From: Bacillales bacterium UBA4278
Lineage (GTDB): Bacteria; Bacillota_I; Bacilli_A; RFN20; CAG-826
Reading direction: 5' to 3'
Assembly (NCBI GenBank): GCA_002395065.1
Contig: DGVS01000005.1
Location: 394-64,393, forward strand
Length of the DNA: 64,000 nucleotides
A program made the position numbers and the translations under genes. Each line of letters opens with the position of its first letter. Positions within the stretch are counted from its first letter, which is position 1. Positions 7,344-14,804 of this stretch are shown one piece after another. Under the pieces are notes generated by a model, which saw nothing but the letters and a program-made list of their open reading frames with translations, had not been told where the DNA came from and made no database searches.

Positions 7344-7865
7344 ATGGAACGCCTACAGTTTTTACTTACTAAACTGCAAAATCATGAACTAGATTATTTT
7401 GATGAGTTTTATGATTTAACCCACCGAAAAGTCTACTTTATGGCCTATTCTCTTCTAAGAGATGAAGCTAGCAGTGAAGACATCACCCAAGAGGTTTATA
7501 TGAAAGTTTTGGAAAAACCAAAACGCATTAAACCTGATGGAAACATCATGTCTTATCTGATTGAGATGAGTAAAAACATTACTCTTAACTATCTAAAGAA
7601 AGAGCAACGTAGTAGCGTCGAGTACATTGAAGAAATCAGTGGAGAGGATGATCCTGATATCACCAATCTAAAAGATACTGAGGTCTTCCAACTCATGAAG
7701 AAGAAGCTCAGTGATAAAGAATTCACGATCGTTATTCTTCATGTCGTCAATGATCTTAAACATGACGAAATCTCTAAATTACTAAAAATACCTTTAGGTA
7801 CTGTTACATGGACCTATAATAACGCGATTAAAAAACTATCGAAAGGAGGAAGTAAAAATGAATGA
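7344..7865 (+). CDS. ECF-type RNA polymerase sigma-70 family factor
   Basis: Region 2-like DITQEVYMKVL and a region 4 HTH (DEISKLLKIPLGTVTWTYNNAIKKL). The track ORF starts at a TTG at 7323, but the ATG at 7344 (MERLQF) is more plausible. There is no SD. TATAAT at 7328-7333 sits only ~11 nt upstream. Confidence 0.85.
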   Translation: MERLQFLLTKLQNHELDYFDEFYDLTHRKVYFMAYSLLRDEASSEDITQEVYMKVLEKPKRIKPDGNIMSYLIEMSKNITLNYLKKEQRSSVEYIEEISGEDDPDITNLKDTEVFQLMKKKLSDKEFTIVILHVVNDLKHDEISKLLKIPLGTVTWTYNNAIKKLSKGGSKNE

Positions 7866-8832
7866 TGTTGAAAAGAAAATTCTTGAAGCAGGAAGGCTTC
7901 AAACAATTTCTAAATCTAGCGAACAAATCCTAGAAAGTTTTGAAGTGAAACATAAACGCCGCATTCAAAAGAGATTTTTCTTCATCCCTACGATTACAAC
8001 CCTCCTTGCTTCAGCAACTGCTGTTGCCGTAATTTTTGCCTTATCGCCACGTCCAATTCATATTCAAGGACAAACCAAGGGTTTTAACGATGGTTCAACT
8101 GTCTTAACTTCTGTTGTCGGTAATCTTTCCTTACATTACTACACCCAAGACGTTAGTAATGAGCAAAACCGTATTTTTGCCGCTCCAATCGTTCAAGAAG
8201 AATTTAACCAAGTCGCGATGGATGTGGATGCGGTTTATAATCCATACTCATATTACTATGTTCATACTAAAGGACTTAATTACACCTTTGATTCATCTGC
8301 CTTTAGTTATGATGATGTGAATTACCGATATGAATTATCGGTCAATAACACAACAGTTTATTTAAAAGATAATCTCTCGGAAATCAAATCTAAAGGTGTC
8401 TACGAAGGGTTGATTCGTGTCAGCGATACTTGCTATCCATGTGAGATTAATGCCCAAGTATCTCATAACGTCGTTTCAACTACGTTTACTTATCGTGTCT
8501 CTTCCTATATTCATTCTTTGACAACAAAGACAACCGATGAAGTCACAACGATTAGTCACCAAATCAAGATCAATGATGACATTTCTGAAATTAAGAGTGT
8601 TAATCTCCTTAATAAAGGAAAAAGTTTCTCCGCATCGTTTAAAAACGATAATCGATTATCTGAAGTAACAAAAGAACGTTCCTTCTCCTATACAAGTGGT
8701 GAAGATTTCATTAGTGTTGACTACCGCAAAAACGAAACCACATATTCTGGGATCAAACTTCGTGTCGATACAAGCACACGCGCTAGAAAACACGTCTACT
8801 CCTTTGAAGGAGTTACAGATGTTATTCTTTAA
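7858..8832 (+). CDS. Putative anti-sigma factor: single-pass membrane protein with a large extracytoplasmic domain
   Basis: 8-nt overlap with the sigma gene (ATGAATGA). A short cytoplasmic N-terminus precedes one TM (FFFIPTITTLLASATAVAVIFAL) and ~260 aa of Ser/Thr/Tyr-rich external domain. No recognisable zinc anti-sigma motif. Confidence 0.5.
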   Translation: MNDVEKKILEAGRLQTISKSSEQILESFEVKHKRRIQKRFFFIPTITTLLASATAVAVIFALSPRPIHIQGQTKGFNDGSTVLTSVVGNLSLHYYTQDVSNEQNRIFAAPIVQEEFNQVAMDVDAVYNPYSYYYVHTKGLNYTFDSSAFSYDDVNYRYELSVNNTTVYLKDNLSEIKSKGVYEGLIRVSDTCYPCEINAQVSHNVVSTTFTYRVSSYIHSLTTKTTDEVTTISHQIKINDDISEIKSVNLLNKGKSFSASFKNDNRLSEVTKERSFSYTSGEDFISVDYRKNETTYSGIKLRVDTSTRARKHVYSFEGVTDVIL

Positions 8833-8888
8833 TCCAATAAAAGTTAAAAACTAATTGTATATATAACGAAACCCGAACAGTTTCTTAA

Positions 8889-8931
8889 AAGGACCGCCAA
8901 ATCATCATGTTCAACCAAGCGGTCCTTTTTT
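8889..8931 (+). terminator. Rho-independent terminator with a long loop
   Basis: GGACCGC (8891-8897) pairs with GCGGTCC (8919-8925), followed by TTTTTT. Confidence 0.5.
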
Positions 8932-8968
8932 ATTGCTTTTCTAACTAAAAAAGCAAAGAATATTACAC

Positions 8969-10138
8969 ATGGAAGAGAATAAACCAAGTTTTTCTAAACA
9001 AGTTAAAGAACTTTTTATTACTACGCTTAACGGAATGGCCTATGGCCTTTTTGCCACATTAATCATTGGCACAATCTTTGCCACAATCGGTGGATTCTTT
9101 AAAGATGCTAGTGAAGGTACATTCGGAGCATTTATGTTTCATTGTCTAGGAAATGGCATGGCCGCGAAGAATGGTATTTCCTATGTTTTACAAGTTCTTA
9201 CTGGTGCCGGAATTGGTGTTGGCATGGCTTTAGCCATGAAACTTACTCCTCTTCAAACAGTGGTTCTTGGTGTAGTTGGTCAAATCGCGGGTTATTTCTC
9301 TTTAACAACGTTCTTTGTTACAAAAGCCTCTCATCCAGTTAGTGACACATTCCAAATCGGTGACCCTTTAACAATCTACTTTGTTTGTTTAGGTGTTGTC
9401 TTATTGTTTAAATATGTCTTAAAGAAGAAAACCAGTGCAGACATTATTATTGTTCCATTATGCGGTGTTATTGCCGGCTTACTTCTTTCATTAGGACTTC
9501 GTTATCCTTTAATTTACGTCACTTATGCTATGCAATGGTTAATTAACAGTGGAACTAACGCTGCTCCATTCTTTATGGGAATTATTGTAGCGGTGTTAAT
9601 GGGTATGGCTTTAACCGCTCCAATTTCATCTGCTGCTATTGCAGCAATGATTTTCCTTATTCCGGAGGGAATGAGTGTTGCAGCAGCTCTAGCTGATCCA
9701 CAGTATGCTGGTCTAGTTATCGCTAGTGGAGCTGCCGTTGTTGGTTGTTCCACACAAATGGTTGGCTTTGCCATCCAATCTAGAAGAGATAATAAGTTAA
9801 GCATGGTGTTTTCCATTGGCATTGGAACAAGCATGCTCCAGTTTAAAAATATTGTTCGTAAACCAATTGTTTGGCTTCCAACAATAATTGCTTCTGCCAT
9901 TCTTGGACCGATTGCTACTTGTGCATTAAAGATGTGCTGTTTAGGCAGTGCTGCCGGTATGGGAACTGCTGGATTAGTTGGCCAAATTGGTACCATCGCT
10001 TCTATGGGTGTTGGTGCCTGGCAAACATGGGTGGGAATCTTTGTTTTAGAGATTGCAGCGCCAATTGCTTTAGTTTTTGCTTTCGATCTTTTATTCCGCA
10101 AATTAGGATGGATAAAAGATGGAGATTTAAAGGTATAA
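8969..10138 (+). CDS. PTS_EIIC_2 / PfoR-like polytopic membrane protein
   Basis: 389 aa with about 10 TM helices. The N-terminus ..KELFITTLNGMAYGLFATLIIGTIFATIGGFF resembles the COG3641 (PfoR) family. The assignment is from memory of that family. Confidence 0.5.
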   Translation: MEENKPSFSKQVKELFITTLNGMAYGLFATLIIGTIFATIGGFFKDASEGTFGAFMFHCLGNGMAAKNGISYVLQVLTGAGIGVGMALAMKLTPLQTVVLGVVGQIAGYFSLTTFFVTKASHPVSDTFQIGDPLTIYFVCLGVVLLFKYVLKKKTSADIIIVPLCGVIAGLLLSLGLRYPLIYVTYAMQWLINSGTNAAPFFMGIIVAVLMGMALTAPISSAAIAAMIFLIPEGMSVAAALADPQYAGLVIASGAAVVGCSTQMVGFAIQSRRDNKLSMVFSIGIGTSMLQFKNIVRKPIVWLPTIIASAILGPIATCALKMCCLGSAAGMGTAGLVGQIGTIASMGVGAWQTWVGIFVLEIAAPIALVFAFDLLFRKLGWIKDGDLKV

Positions 10139-10160
10139 AAAAAGTCCGCAATTTACGGAC
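10137..10160 (-). terminator. Terminator for the minus-strand lipoprotein gene
   Basis: On the minus strand: GTCCG-taaattg-CGGAC followed by TTTTTTT. Confidence 0.6.
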
Positions 10161-10173
10161 AGTTTTTGAAATT

Positions 10174-10197
10174 ATCCAGGAATTGCTGGATTTTTTT
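10174..10197 (+). terminator. Terminator for the PfoR-like gene
   Basis: ATCCAG-gaattg-CTGGAT followed by TTTTTTT. Confidence 0.6.
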
Positions 10198-11128
10198 ATG
10201 CTCTTTCCCAAGAGTTAACATTTATTTCTCCGATACCAAAATTGTATGCTTGGCTGTTCTTGGATGGAAGGGCGACAAGTCTAAATTCAAAGTAGGCAAC
10301 GTTTTCTGTTCCTGAACCTGTGCAGTAGAAATGAACTTGCGTTGTGTTCGCGGTAATTTGCCCACGAGATACTTCATGAGTTAAGTTTTCGAGATAGTTA
10401 GCATCTTTGTCATAGAACAAGAAGAAACCAATTGGCAGCGAATCTTCAGGCTTATCTGTATTGTTGTTTACTTGAGAAATGACCATATTAATTTCAAGTT
10501 TTGCTCCGGTGTGATGGAATAATGGAGTTTGGATTCCCTTCCATTTTTGATCCATCCTTAAACCACCAGGCTTACCTTGATCAACGGAATAAAATGATGG
10601 ACTTACCTTATCATCTCCGAAATCTCCTCGGCTATTCTTGTTTCCATAAATGAATGTCCAATCAGTACTTGGCATATCGTCTCTTAGATCGTTTTCCCAC
10701 CAATGGTGTTCACTTAAATGAGTAATTAATTCGATAGGCTCATTAGTCGGAGCTAAAAATTTCCTCAAGGAAATAGAAGGATAATCTTTAAATCTAATGT
10801 ATTCATCTCCGGCTGGTGTCGAAGATGATGTTGGTTTTGACGAAGTAGATGAACTACTTGGTTTACTTGTCGTTGATGTTCCAGCAGATGTTGGTGCAAC
10901 GCTAATGTGACTTGTTCCAGCAGATGTTGGTGCAACACTAGTGTGACTCGTTCCAGTACTCGTTTTACTTTGACTAGTTGGTTCAATATTTGAGGTAACT
11001 GAATCTATTGAACTGATAATTTGAGAACTTCCTTCATCAAAAGATGAAGAACGTCTTGGCTTCTTATTTGTTGTCGTACATCCAGAGATTAATAGAAGCG
11101 CAACAAGAAATGGTAGAATCTTTTTCAT
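10196..11128 (-). CDS. Lipoprotein with a Ser/Thr-rich repeat linker and an unknown C-terminal domain
   Basis: Signal/lipobox MKKILPFLVALLLISGCTT. It has a low-complexity S/T/P linker containing the tandem TSH(T/I)SVAPTSAG. Confidence 0.75.
   Translation of the reverse strand: MKKILPFLVALLLISGCTTTNKKPRRSSSFDEGSSQIISSIDSVTSNIEPTSQSKTSTGTSHTSVAPTSAGTSHISVAPTSAGTSTTSKPSSSSTSSKPTSSSTPAGDEYIRFKDYPSISLRKFLAPTNEPIELITHLSEHHWWENDLRDDMPSTDWTFIYGNKNSRGDFGDDKVSPSFYSVDQGKPGGLRMDQKWKGIQTPLFHHTGAKLEINMVISQVNNNTDKPEDSLPIGFFLFYDKDANYLENLTHEVSRGQITANTTQVHFYCTGSGTENVAYFEFRLVALPSKNSQAYNFGIGEINVNSWERA
10881..10952. repeat. Two tandem copies of a 36-bp unit inside the lipoprotein gene
   Basis: ccagcagatgttggtgcaacgctaatgtgacttgtt is followed by ccagcagatgttggtgcaacactagtgtgactcgtt (3 mismatches). 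Each copy encodes 12 aa. Confidence 0.9.
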
Positions 11129-11204
11129 AACATCAATTATACTTCACTATATTAATTAATAAAGTGAATTGATAAAATAAGATACCTGCTTTACAATAAA
11201 ATCT

Positions 11205-12350
11205 ATGGAAGAAACACAAAAGAAAAAAAGAAACAAGTTTCATTTATTTAAGCATCATCTTCATGACGAGAATAACGACATTGAATTTCGTGGTCCTCTT
11301 TCATACCGACATCTGCGCATTATAGCGTGGGTTTTTATGATGTTTATGGCTATGTCCGTTGTTTTTAGCGTCTTCGTTAAATTCCCGTTATTTAGTAAAC
11401 CAGATGACGTTAAAAACGCTTATCGAATAACTTCAGATGTTTTCTCTTGGATTGGTACTCTGGCTTTGCCAGTCTTCTTGATTGCGAACTTCTCTGTCAT
11501 TATGAGAAGCCATAAGAATTATAAGAAGATTCTAATGTTACACGGCTTTACAGCTCTTGGTTTAATGGCCGTCGCCTATCTTATAGTTTTCCGTTACTAC
11601 TTTACTTTATCCATGAGATTTGTTGGATTAGAGTATGTTGATAGTAAGGATGTAATTGAAACATTACTGAATATTAATCCTTCCAAGTTTGTTTATTTAA
11701 ATGTTTTTATCGATTTATTCCTTTGCTCTTTGACCTATACATTCTTAACCTATGAACCAAAGAAATATTTCCAAGGTAAAAAGATTGTTTTTTTCCGTCT
11801 TTTGGTTTTAATTCCAATCCTTTATGAACTTGGCTCAATTTATATTAAATTGCACGCCTTATCAACCCCAGAGTTTATGATTCCTTGGTATGTCTTCCCA
11901 TTATTAACAACCAAGCCTCCATTACTCTTATTAGCATTCTTCTTACTCGCGCTTATTTCTGCATTACGCAAAAAACGATACTTAATGAACGGTCATACAG
12001 AAGATGAATATGATCGTTATTTAAAGACTAACGCGAATTCATTATCGTTCTCTATCATTACTTGTATCGTTTTATTTATTGCGATTATTCTTGATATCAT
12101 TATTGCCTCGATCTGTAGCGTCTCAATTGCAACAAAGATGGGTATTGATGTTGAAGCTGGAGTTGATATCGTGATGAAATCGGGACTTGGAAAAACAATC
12201 ACGGTAATTTTTATCTTCCCATTAATTATTCTCTTCTCTTATTCAAGAGATTATCAAGATAATTTAATTGATAAGATAATTCCACTGGTTGGAATTGGTG
12301 TTTGTGTCTATTCTGTCGTTGAAACGTTTGTTCAACTATTGGCGGCATAA
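11205..12350 (+). CDS. Hypothetical polytopic membrane protein (~9-10 TM)
   Basis: 381 aa with many hydrophobic helices and no motif I recognise. Confidence 0.6.
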   Translation: MEETQKKKRNKFHLFKHHLHDENNDIEFRGPLSYRHLRIIAWVFMMFMAMSVVFSVFVKFPLFSKPDDVKNAYRITSDVFSWIGTLALPVFLIANFSVIMRSHKNYKKILMLHGFTALGLMAVAYLIVFRYYFTLSMRFVGLEYVDSKDVIETLLNINPSKFVYLNVFIDLFLCSLTYTFLTYEPKKYFQGKKIVFFRLLVLIPILYELGSIYIKLHALSTPEFMIPWYVFPLLTTKPPLLLLAFFLLALISALRKKRYLMNGHTEDEYDRYLKTNANSLSFSIITCIVLFIAIILDIIIASICSVSIATKMGIDVEAGVDIVMKSGLGKTITVIFIFPLIILFSYSRDYQDNLIDKIIPLVGIGVCVYSVVETFVQLLAA

Positions 12351-12361
12351 GGAGAGAAAAG

Positions 12362-13081
12362 ATGTCTTTTGGTGGAAACAACTTCGAAGATATGTGGTTT
12401 ATTGCCTCAGTCTGGGCCGATAGTGAGCGTGCAAGACGCCGCTATGAAGAAGAATGGGAAGAAGAGCAAAAAGAAAAGGCTAGGCAAGTAAGACCACAAA
12501 TTTCTGAAACAAATCGTGCCCGCATAAGAGAAATTTCTCGCGATGTTGAAAATAACCTTCGTGGAATTGAAGCTGAAGAAAAGATTCATTCATATCTTAA
12601 TCCAGGTCCTTTTGCCCGAGTTCCTCATTATGAATTAAAGAATGTTTATCTTGTGGATGCTAATGGAATGTCTCATGAGATTGATTTCATAGAAATCAGA
12701 GAAACTGGAATCTTCTGCATTGAAGTTAAAAACTGGGCTGGAGACATCCGTGGAGGAAGACAAGACAAATACTGGTCTTCAAACGGAAACAGTCGTCGTA
12801 ACCCATGTTTCCAGAACGATACACACATTCGCGCTATTCACGATATTATCGGTAAAAAGCCTCATATTACTTCAGTAATAGTGATGGCGCAGAATAACGC
12901 GCGTCCTCTTGGAATTGATGGGGTAATTAACCTTAACGACTTCCGTTCATACATGTCCTCATTTACAGAGAAGGTCATCTCTTCAGAAGAGATGCATCGC
13001 ATCTATTCCTTGTTAGAACAATCTAGAGTCAAAATGAGTCGACAAGAACATGTCGAAAACATTAAGAAATATGGAAAGTAA
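12362..13081 (+). CDS. NERD (nuclease-related domain) protein
   Basis: HEIDFIEIRETGIFCIEVKNWAGDIRG...YW fits the NERD core (EIDhhhh...GhhhhE.K). An RBS AAGGAGAG lies upstream. The gene starts 11 nt after the preceding membrane-protein gene. Confidence 0.75.
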   Translation: MSFGGNNFEDMWFIASVWADSERARRRYEEEWEEEQKEKARQVRPQISETNRARIREISRDVENNLRGIEAEEKIHSYLNPGPFARVPHYELKNVYLVDANGMSHEIDFIEIRETGIFCIEVKNWAGDIRGGRQDKYWSSNGNSRRNPCFQNDTHIRAIHDIIGKKPHITSVIVMAQNNARPLGIDGVINLNDFRSYMSSFTEKVISSEEMHRIYSLLEQSRVKMSRQEHVENIKKYGK

Positions 13082-13102
13082 AAAGAACCTATGGTTCTTT
13101 TT

Positions 13103-13687
13103 TTAATGTTTCATTTTGCCATACAAGATAATGGTTATTTGCATCGGGATTCCAAGTAGGAATATTGTCCAGACACGGTCGCTTAAGAACTGTAAAAAAC
13201 TTGCGACAAGAATGGACCAAAGGAACGCTGATGTAAACCCATAGTAGAGCGCTTTTCGATGGAAATAGCGGTGGTTTGCAACGCCAAGCATAATGAATGA
13301 AACTGGTGCTGACCAAACAAAGACAATCCACCAACTGGCATTAAATCTAATTAATGCCCAAACATAGATAATTGTTGCAATCATCCATACAACGGAGACA
13401 AGTAAAGAAGTGATGATAACTTTGTTATATCGATCAAGCGCGTTTTGCTTTGTATATTTCTTTTTATTTTCAGGCGTAGCTTCGTGTGTAAGGTAGTCTA
13501 AAGAGACTCCATAAAACTCACAAAGTTCATTTAAAGTAACGATATCTGGGATGGTTTCACCCTTCTCCCATTTCGATATAGATTTGTCTGAATAATTGAA
13601 TTTTTCAGCCAGTTCAAGCTGTGTTAATTTGGCATTTTTTCTTAGTTCAGCAAGGTTCTCGCCAATAATTTCTCGAATGTTTTTCAT
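13103..13687 (-). CDS. Membrane-tethered XRE-family HTH regulator
   Basis: The N-terminus LRKNAKLTQLELAEKFNYSDKSISKWEKGETIPDIVTLNELCEFYGVSLDYL is a classic HTH_3 domain. The C-terminal half has 3-4 TM helices. Confidence 0.8.
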   Translation of the reverse strand: MKNIREIIGENLAELRKNAKLTQLELAEKFNYSDKSISKWEKGETIPDIVTLNELCEFYGVSLDYLTHEATPENKKKYTKQNALDRYNKVIITSLLVSVVWMIATIIYVWALIRFNASWWIVFVWSAPVSFIMLGVANHRYFHRKALYYGFTSAFLWSILVASFLQFLSDRVWTIFLLGIPMQITIILYGKMKH

Positions 13688-13710
13688 GAACTAATAATAG
13701 AACTGTTGTG

Positions 13711-13740
13711 TAGAATTTGCAACAAGAATTAAAAATTCTA
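13711..13740. promoter_or_regulatory. Operator-like inverted repeat in the divergent intergenic region
   Basis: TAGAATTT (13711-13718) - N14 - AAATTCTA (13733-13740). Nearby are AATAGAAC (13697-13704) / GTTCTATT (13787-13794) and a direct repeat GAGAACTT at 13748-13755 and 13777-13784. Confidence 0.35.
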
Positions 13741-13845
13741 ATTTTAAGAGAACTTGAAAAATCGCTCTATTTTTGTGAGAACTTAGTTCTATTTATATGG
13801 TACGCACACAATAGGGTTACCTTTACATTGACATAATTTAATATT

Positions 13846-14802
13846 ATGGTCGGAAGTTTTGGAGGAAAAGCGCTAAATAGTTTGAGAATTATGAAAAAAC
13901 TACTGCTCACTTACATCCTAACAATCGGGATTTGTGCTGTGGCTGGTGTCTCAACAGGCATCATCCTTAAAAAGACAATTGGCCCGATTGATGAAATGTA
14001 TCCTCCAGGCTTCGATCCAAAAGAATTCTCTCCAGACGTTGATGCCATTTGGAAAAAGTATGAAGCCTTATCCGATAAATCCATCAACGGAGTGAAGAGC
14101 TTCTCTGATGCTGATGTCATGAACGTTGCATTTGAAAAGTTCAGACGAATGCCGAATTGCTACTTCTACTCGATTGGAGATGCGAAGACAATCGTTACTC
14201 AAACCGTTCGAAATGCATTCATTAAAAATGGAGATGAGTATTACGAAGATCAAATTTCGTTCTCCTCAATGGTCGCTTTGGCGAAACGATCTTACCAACA
14301 CGGTAAAGATGGTCCAATAATCGTCCATGATGGAACTCCAAGCGGTTCCGAGCACGCCACGTATCCTCAAACACCTACAAAAACATTTGAAAAAGAGGAA
14401 TACAAGGAATATCTCGGTAAAACTCTTGATGAAATGTTTATCTACGTTATCTCTGATAAAACAACGATAGACAGTTCACGAACAACACGCGGAGATGATG
14501 TTGTCATTAAGATGAATCTTAATCCAAATCTCAGCACCTTCTATTACAAGACGCAGATGCTGAACCTCTCTGGATTAAGTAATCTCCCACCATTTGAAGA
14601 GGTGAAACTAACTTATACGTTGAGCAAAGATCTAGTTCTTAAACACCTCTCCATTGATGAAACGTTTACTGCGACAAAGGAAGGAATTCCTGTCCCAGCA
14701 AAAACAAATAACCTTCTCGAATACTACTACCATGTTGGGGAAATGAAAATCCCTTCATGGAATGAAGAATTCGACTTCTCAATTAAAAATAAGGAGGCTT
14801 AA
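13846..14802 (+). CDS. N-terminally anchored extracytoplasmic protein, unknown function
   Basis: TM/signal-anchor MKKLLLTYILTIGICAVAGVSTGIIL. The start is ambiguous (ATG at 13846, or ATG at 13891 giving MKKLLL) and neither has a well-placed SD. Confidence 0.6.
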   Translation: MVGSFGGKALNSLRIMKKLLLTYILTIGICAVAGVSTGIILKKTIGPIDEMYPPGFDPKEFSPDVDAIWKKYEALSDKSINGVKSFSDADVMNVAFEKFRRMPNCYFYSIGDAKTIVTQTVRNAFIKNGDEYYEDQISFSSMVALAKRSYQHGKDGPIIVHDGTPSGSEHATYPQTPTKTFEKEEYKEYLGKTLDEMFIYVISDKTTIDSSRTTRGDDVVIKMNLNPNLSTFYYKTQMLNLSGLSNLPPFEEVKLTYTLSKDLVLKHLSIDETFTATKEGIPVPAKTNNLLEYYYHVGEMKIPSWNEEFDFSIKNKEA

Positions 14803-14804
14803 GA

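Noticed and set aside
9523-10101. 192-aa ORF antisense to the PfoR-like membrane protein gene
   Set aside because: It lies fully inside a longer, well-supported + strand CDS. Its Ala/Pro/Ile-rich low-complexity translation is typical of the mirror frame of a TM-protein gene, and it has no RBS.
10881-10952. Direct 36-bp repeats considered as a possible mini-CRISPR
   Set aside because: There are only two immediately adjacent copies without spacers. They are in frame within a lipoprotein gene and encode a peptide repeat.
13089-13334. 81-aa minus-strand ORF overlapping the 3' part of the XRE-TM regulator gene in another frame
   Set aside because: It is an alternative frame of a supported CDS. 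Its Cys/Trp-rich odd composition has no start context.
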